From: Candidatus Dojkabacteria bacterium
GTDB taxonomy: Bacteria > Patescibacteriota > Dojkabacteria > J137
Assembly (NCBI GenBank): GCA_937944235.1
Contig: CALDYZ010000031.1
Location: 1-39,041, forward strand
Direction of reading: 5' to 3'
Length of the DNA stretch: 39,041 bases
Shown here: one piece after another, positions 37,573-39,041 of the stretch
How positions within the stretch are numbered: position 1 is the first letter of the stretch
Layout of the letters: each line of letters begins with the position of its first letter
Notes under the pieces: model-generated
The model's database searches: none
Told to the model about the DNA's origin: nothing
Seen by the model: only the letters and a program-made list of their open reading frames with translations
Program-made: the position numbers and the translations under genes

Positions 37573-38019
37573 ATGATCAAGAAATTTTTAATAAAAAGTC
37601 TTAAAGATCAGCAGTTTGATGTGAAAGAAAACACTGAATTTACATGTAAACTGCTTCTTAAACAGATTAATATACAATCAACAATTAATTTTGTACATAC
37701 TAATAACAATGTTGTTTCTCGTATAAAGTTTAGACTAGTTTTGCTAGACGATACCTTTGTGAACTTAAAAGTAAATGTAAGAGTTGAACGTGACTTTAAA
37801 AATATAGACACTTTTTTAGATATTAGGGCACTGATTGTATCTCAAACTGCTCAGATCATACTAATTCCATCTATGGAAGTATGTGAAAATGAACTAGCAG
37901 CAGGTCATGCAGCTACCATAAGTAGTATAGATGAAATTCAATTATATTATCTGCATTCTAGGGGCTTATGTAAAAAAGTAAGTACACTTAATTTAACAAA
38001 AAGTTTTTTAAAGTCTTAA
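37573..38019 (+). CDS. Short SufB/SufD-family protein (C-terminal core only)
   Basis: IPSMEV.ENEL.AGHAATISSIDEIQLYYLHSRGL. Confidence 0.85.
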   Translation: MIKKFLIKSLKDQQFDVKENTEFTCKLLLKQINIQSTINFVHTNNNVVSRIKFRLVLLDDTFVNLKVNVRVERDFKNIDTFLDIRALIVSQTAQIILIPSMEVCENELAAGHAATISSIDEIQLYYLHSRGLCKKVSTLNLTKSFLKS

Positions 38020-38028
38020 ACAATTTAA

Positions 38029-38110
38029 TGCCGACGAAGGGACTCGAACCCCCACACCTTACGGTACATGTTCCTAAGACATGCGCGTATACCATTTCCG
38101 CCACGTCGGC
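38029..38110 (-). tRNA. tRNA-Leu(TAG), CCA not encoded
   Basis: GCCGACG/CGTCGGC acceptor stem, CATGT-CT-TAG-GA-ACATG anticodon arm, long variable arm, TTCGAGT T-loop, discriminator A. Confidence 0.97.
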
Positions 38111-38565
38111 AAATCTAGAGAATTATATTACATTTAATTAGAAATGTCTGTAAATTTGAATATTCTAATTTACAGATAGAATATTGAAAGCTTTAATACT
38201 ATATAAAGTAAATAAAGTGAAATAAATTTTTGCATGTTAGATAAAATTTTTTTAATTTCACTCGATGTTGTATTTATGTTAAAAGAGACGCTATTTTTAT
38301 ATTCTTTTTGTGATTATTTTTGAATTTTGTGATATTTATTAAAACATATGTATATTAATATTGTCATAACATAGAGCAGACAACAAAAATAAATTCAGAT
38401 AGTCATTTTTATTGAAAAAGACCTAATACACTACATACACCAATAAATAGTTCTAGTGTTTAACAACTAATTTATGTTACTTTTTAAGTGTTTTTTATCA
38501 TATTTTATATTGTTAATAAATTAATAAAGTAAATTAGTAACTTACTCTGTATAAAATTTTTAAAA

Positions 38566-39041
38566 GGGGCTTGCATAGATAACTAACAAATAAATTGTTA
38601 GAATCTAGATATGATAAGCAATATAGGGATTACAAAACGCGCACATATATCAAGAAGAAAATATGATACTATTTACAAATGTTTCGTTGAAGATATTCCA
38701 GCAAGTAAAGTATCTAAAATTGTAAATGTGAACAGAAATACAACAAACAGGTATACAAGATTTTTAGAAAAGTAATGTTAAGCAGTGCAATACAAGAAAG
38801 AATAGAAGTAAACCTACACAATGGAATAGAAATAGATGAAAGCTACTTTGTACCAACTAGAGTCAGAGGAAAGAGAGGTAGAGGAGCAGGAAGTAAATAA
38901 TAGTATTTGTACTATTAAAAAGAGGCGATAAGATATATACAGAGATAGTGAATATTGCCAAATCAAAAGAACTCGTACCAATAATTAAGAAAGTAGTAGG
39001 AACAGGATCAGACATATATACTGATGGATGGAGAAGCTACA
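38566..39041 (+). mobile_element. IS1595-family (IS1016/ISXO2-like) insertion sequence, left part, running off the window
   Basis: Begins GGGGCTTGCATAGATAAC (IS1016-like end) and is followed by a transposase remnant; the right end is not visible. Confidence 0.8.
38611..39041 (+). pseudogene. Frameshifted IS1595-family DDE transposase
   Basis: MISNIG...VNVNRNTTNRY (HTH), frameshift near 38754, EIDESYF...RVRGKRGRGAG, frameshift near 38897, IVF.LLKRG...IYTDGWRSY. Confidence 0.9.

Noticed and set aside
245-37811. Many 60-150 aa ORFs antisense to or nested in long genes (e.g. 3099-3437, 28905-29360, 29418-29819, 35417-35716)
   Set aside because: Shadow frames of well-supported genes with no recognisable motifs.
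1-39041. Genome-wide UGA=Gly recoding (code 25)
   Set aside because: rpoB, rpoC, dnaG and gatB are uninterrupted under code 11, and TGA ends murE and the adenosyltransferase gene at their expected C-termini.
1-39041. CRISPR array, DGR, retron or prophage
   Set aside because: No regularly spaced repeats, reverse transcriptase, TR/VR pair, integrase or phage genes were seen.

Overview
AT-rich, tightly packed bacterial chromosome segment, most likely Patescibacteria/CPR (Dojkabacteria-like). The taxon is an inference from gene content, strong divergence of core genes and the general lack of Shine-Dalgarno sites. Genetic code 11 fits. The window holds housekeeping genes (rpoB-rpoC-rpsL-rpsG with no adjacent fusA/tuf, rpmH-rplS, dnaG, gatB, rpiB, tRNA-Leu) and envelope genes (two MurE-family ligases, uppP, a GT4 protein, a DUF4012 protein, a VanY-like peptidase). 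It also has a class II photolyase beside an ECF sigma/anti-sigma pair, a 5'-truncated Cys/Pro-rich surface protein, an adjacent dockerin and cohesin gene pair, and a frameshifted IS1595 element at the right edge. The strongest signal is the RNA polymerase. Its beta-prime keeps NADFDGD, but the trigger-loop MRTFH is replaced by LKSKS (catalytic His lost) and SGARG by SGAVP, and the beta rifampicin pocket is extensively substituted. Other highlights are a long structured rpoB leader ending in a terminator-like hairpin, a gene split by one in-frame TGA, and an apparently imported intact murE alongside a degenerate paralog. All family assignments come from motif recognition; no searches were run.
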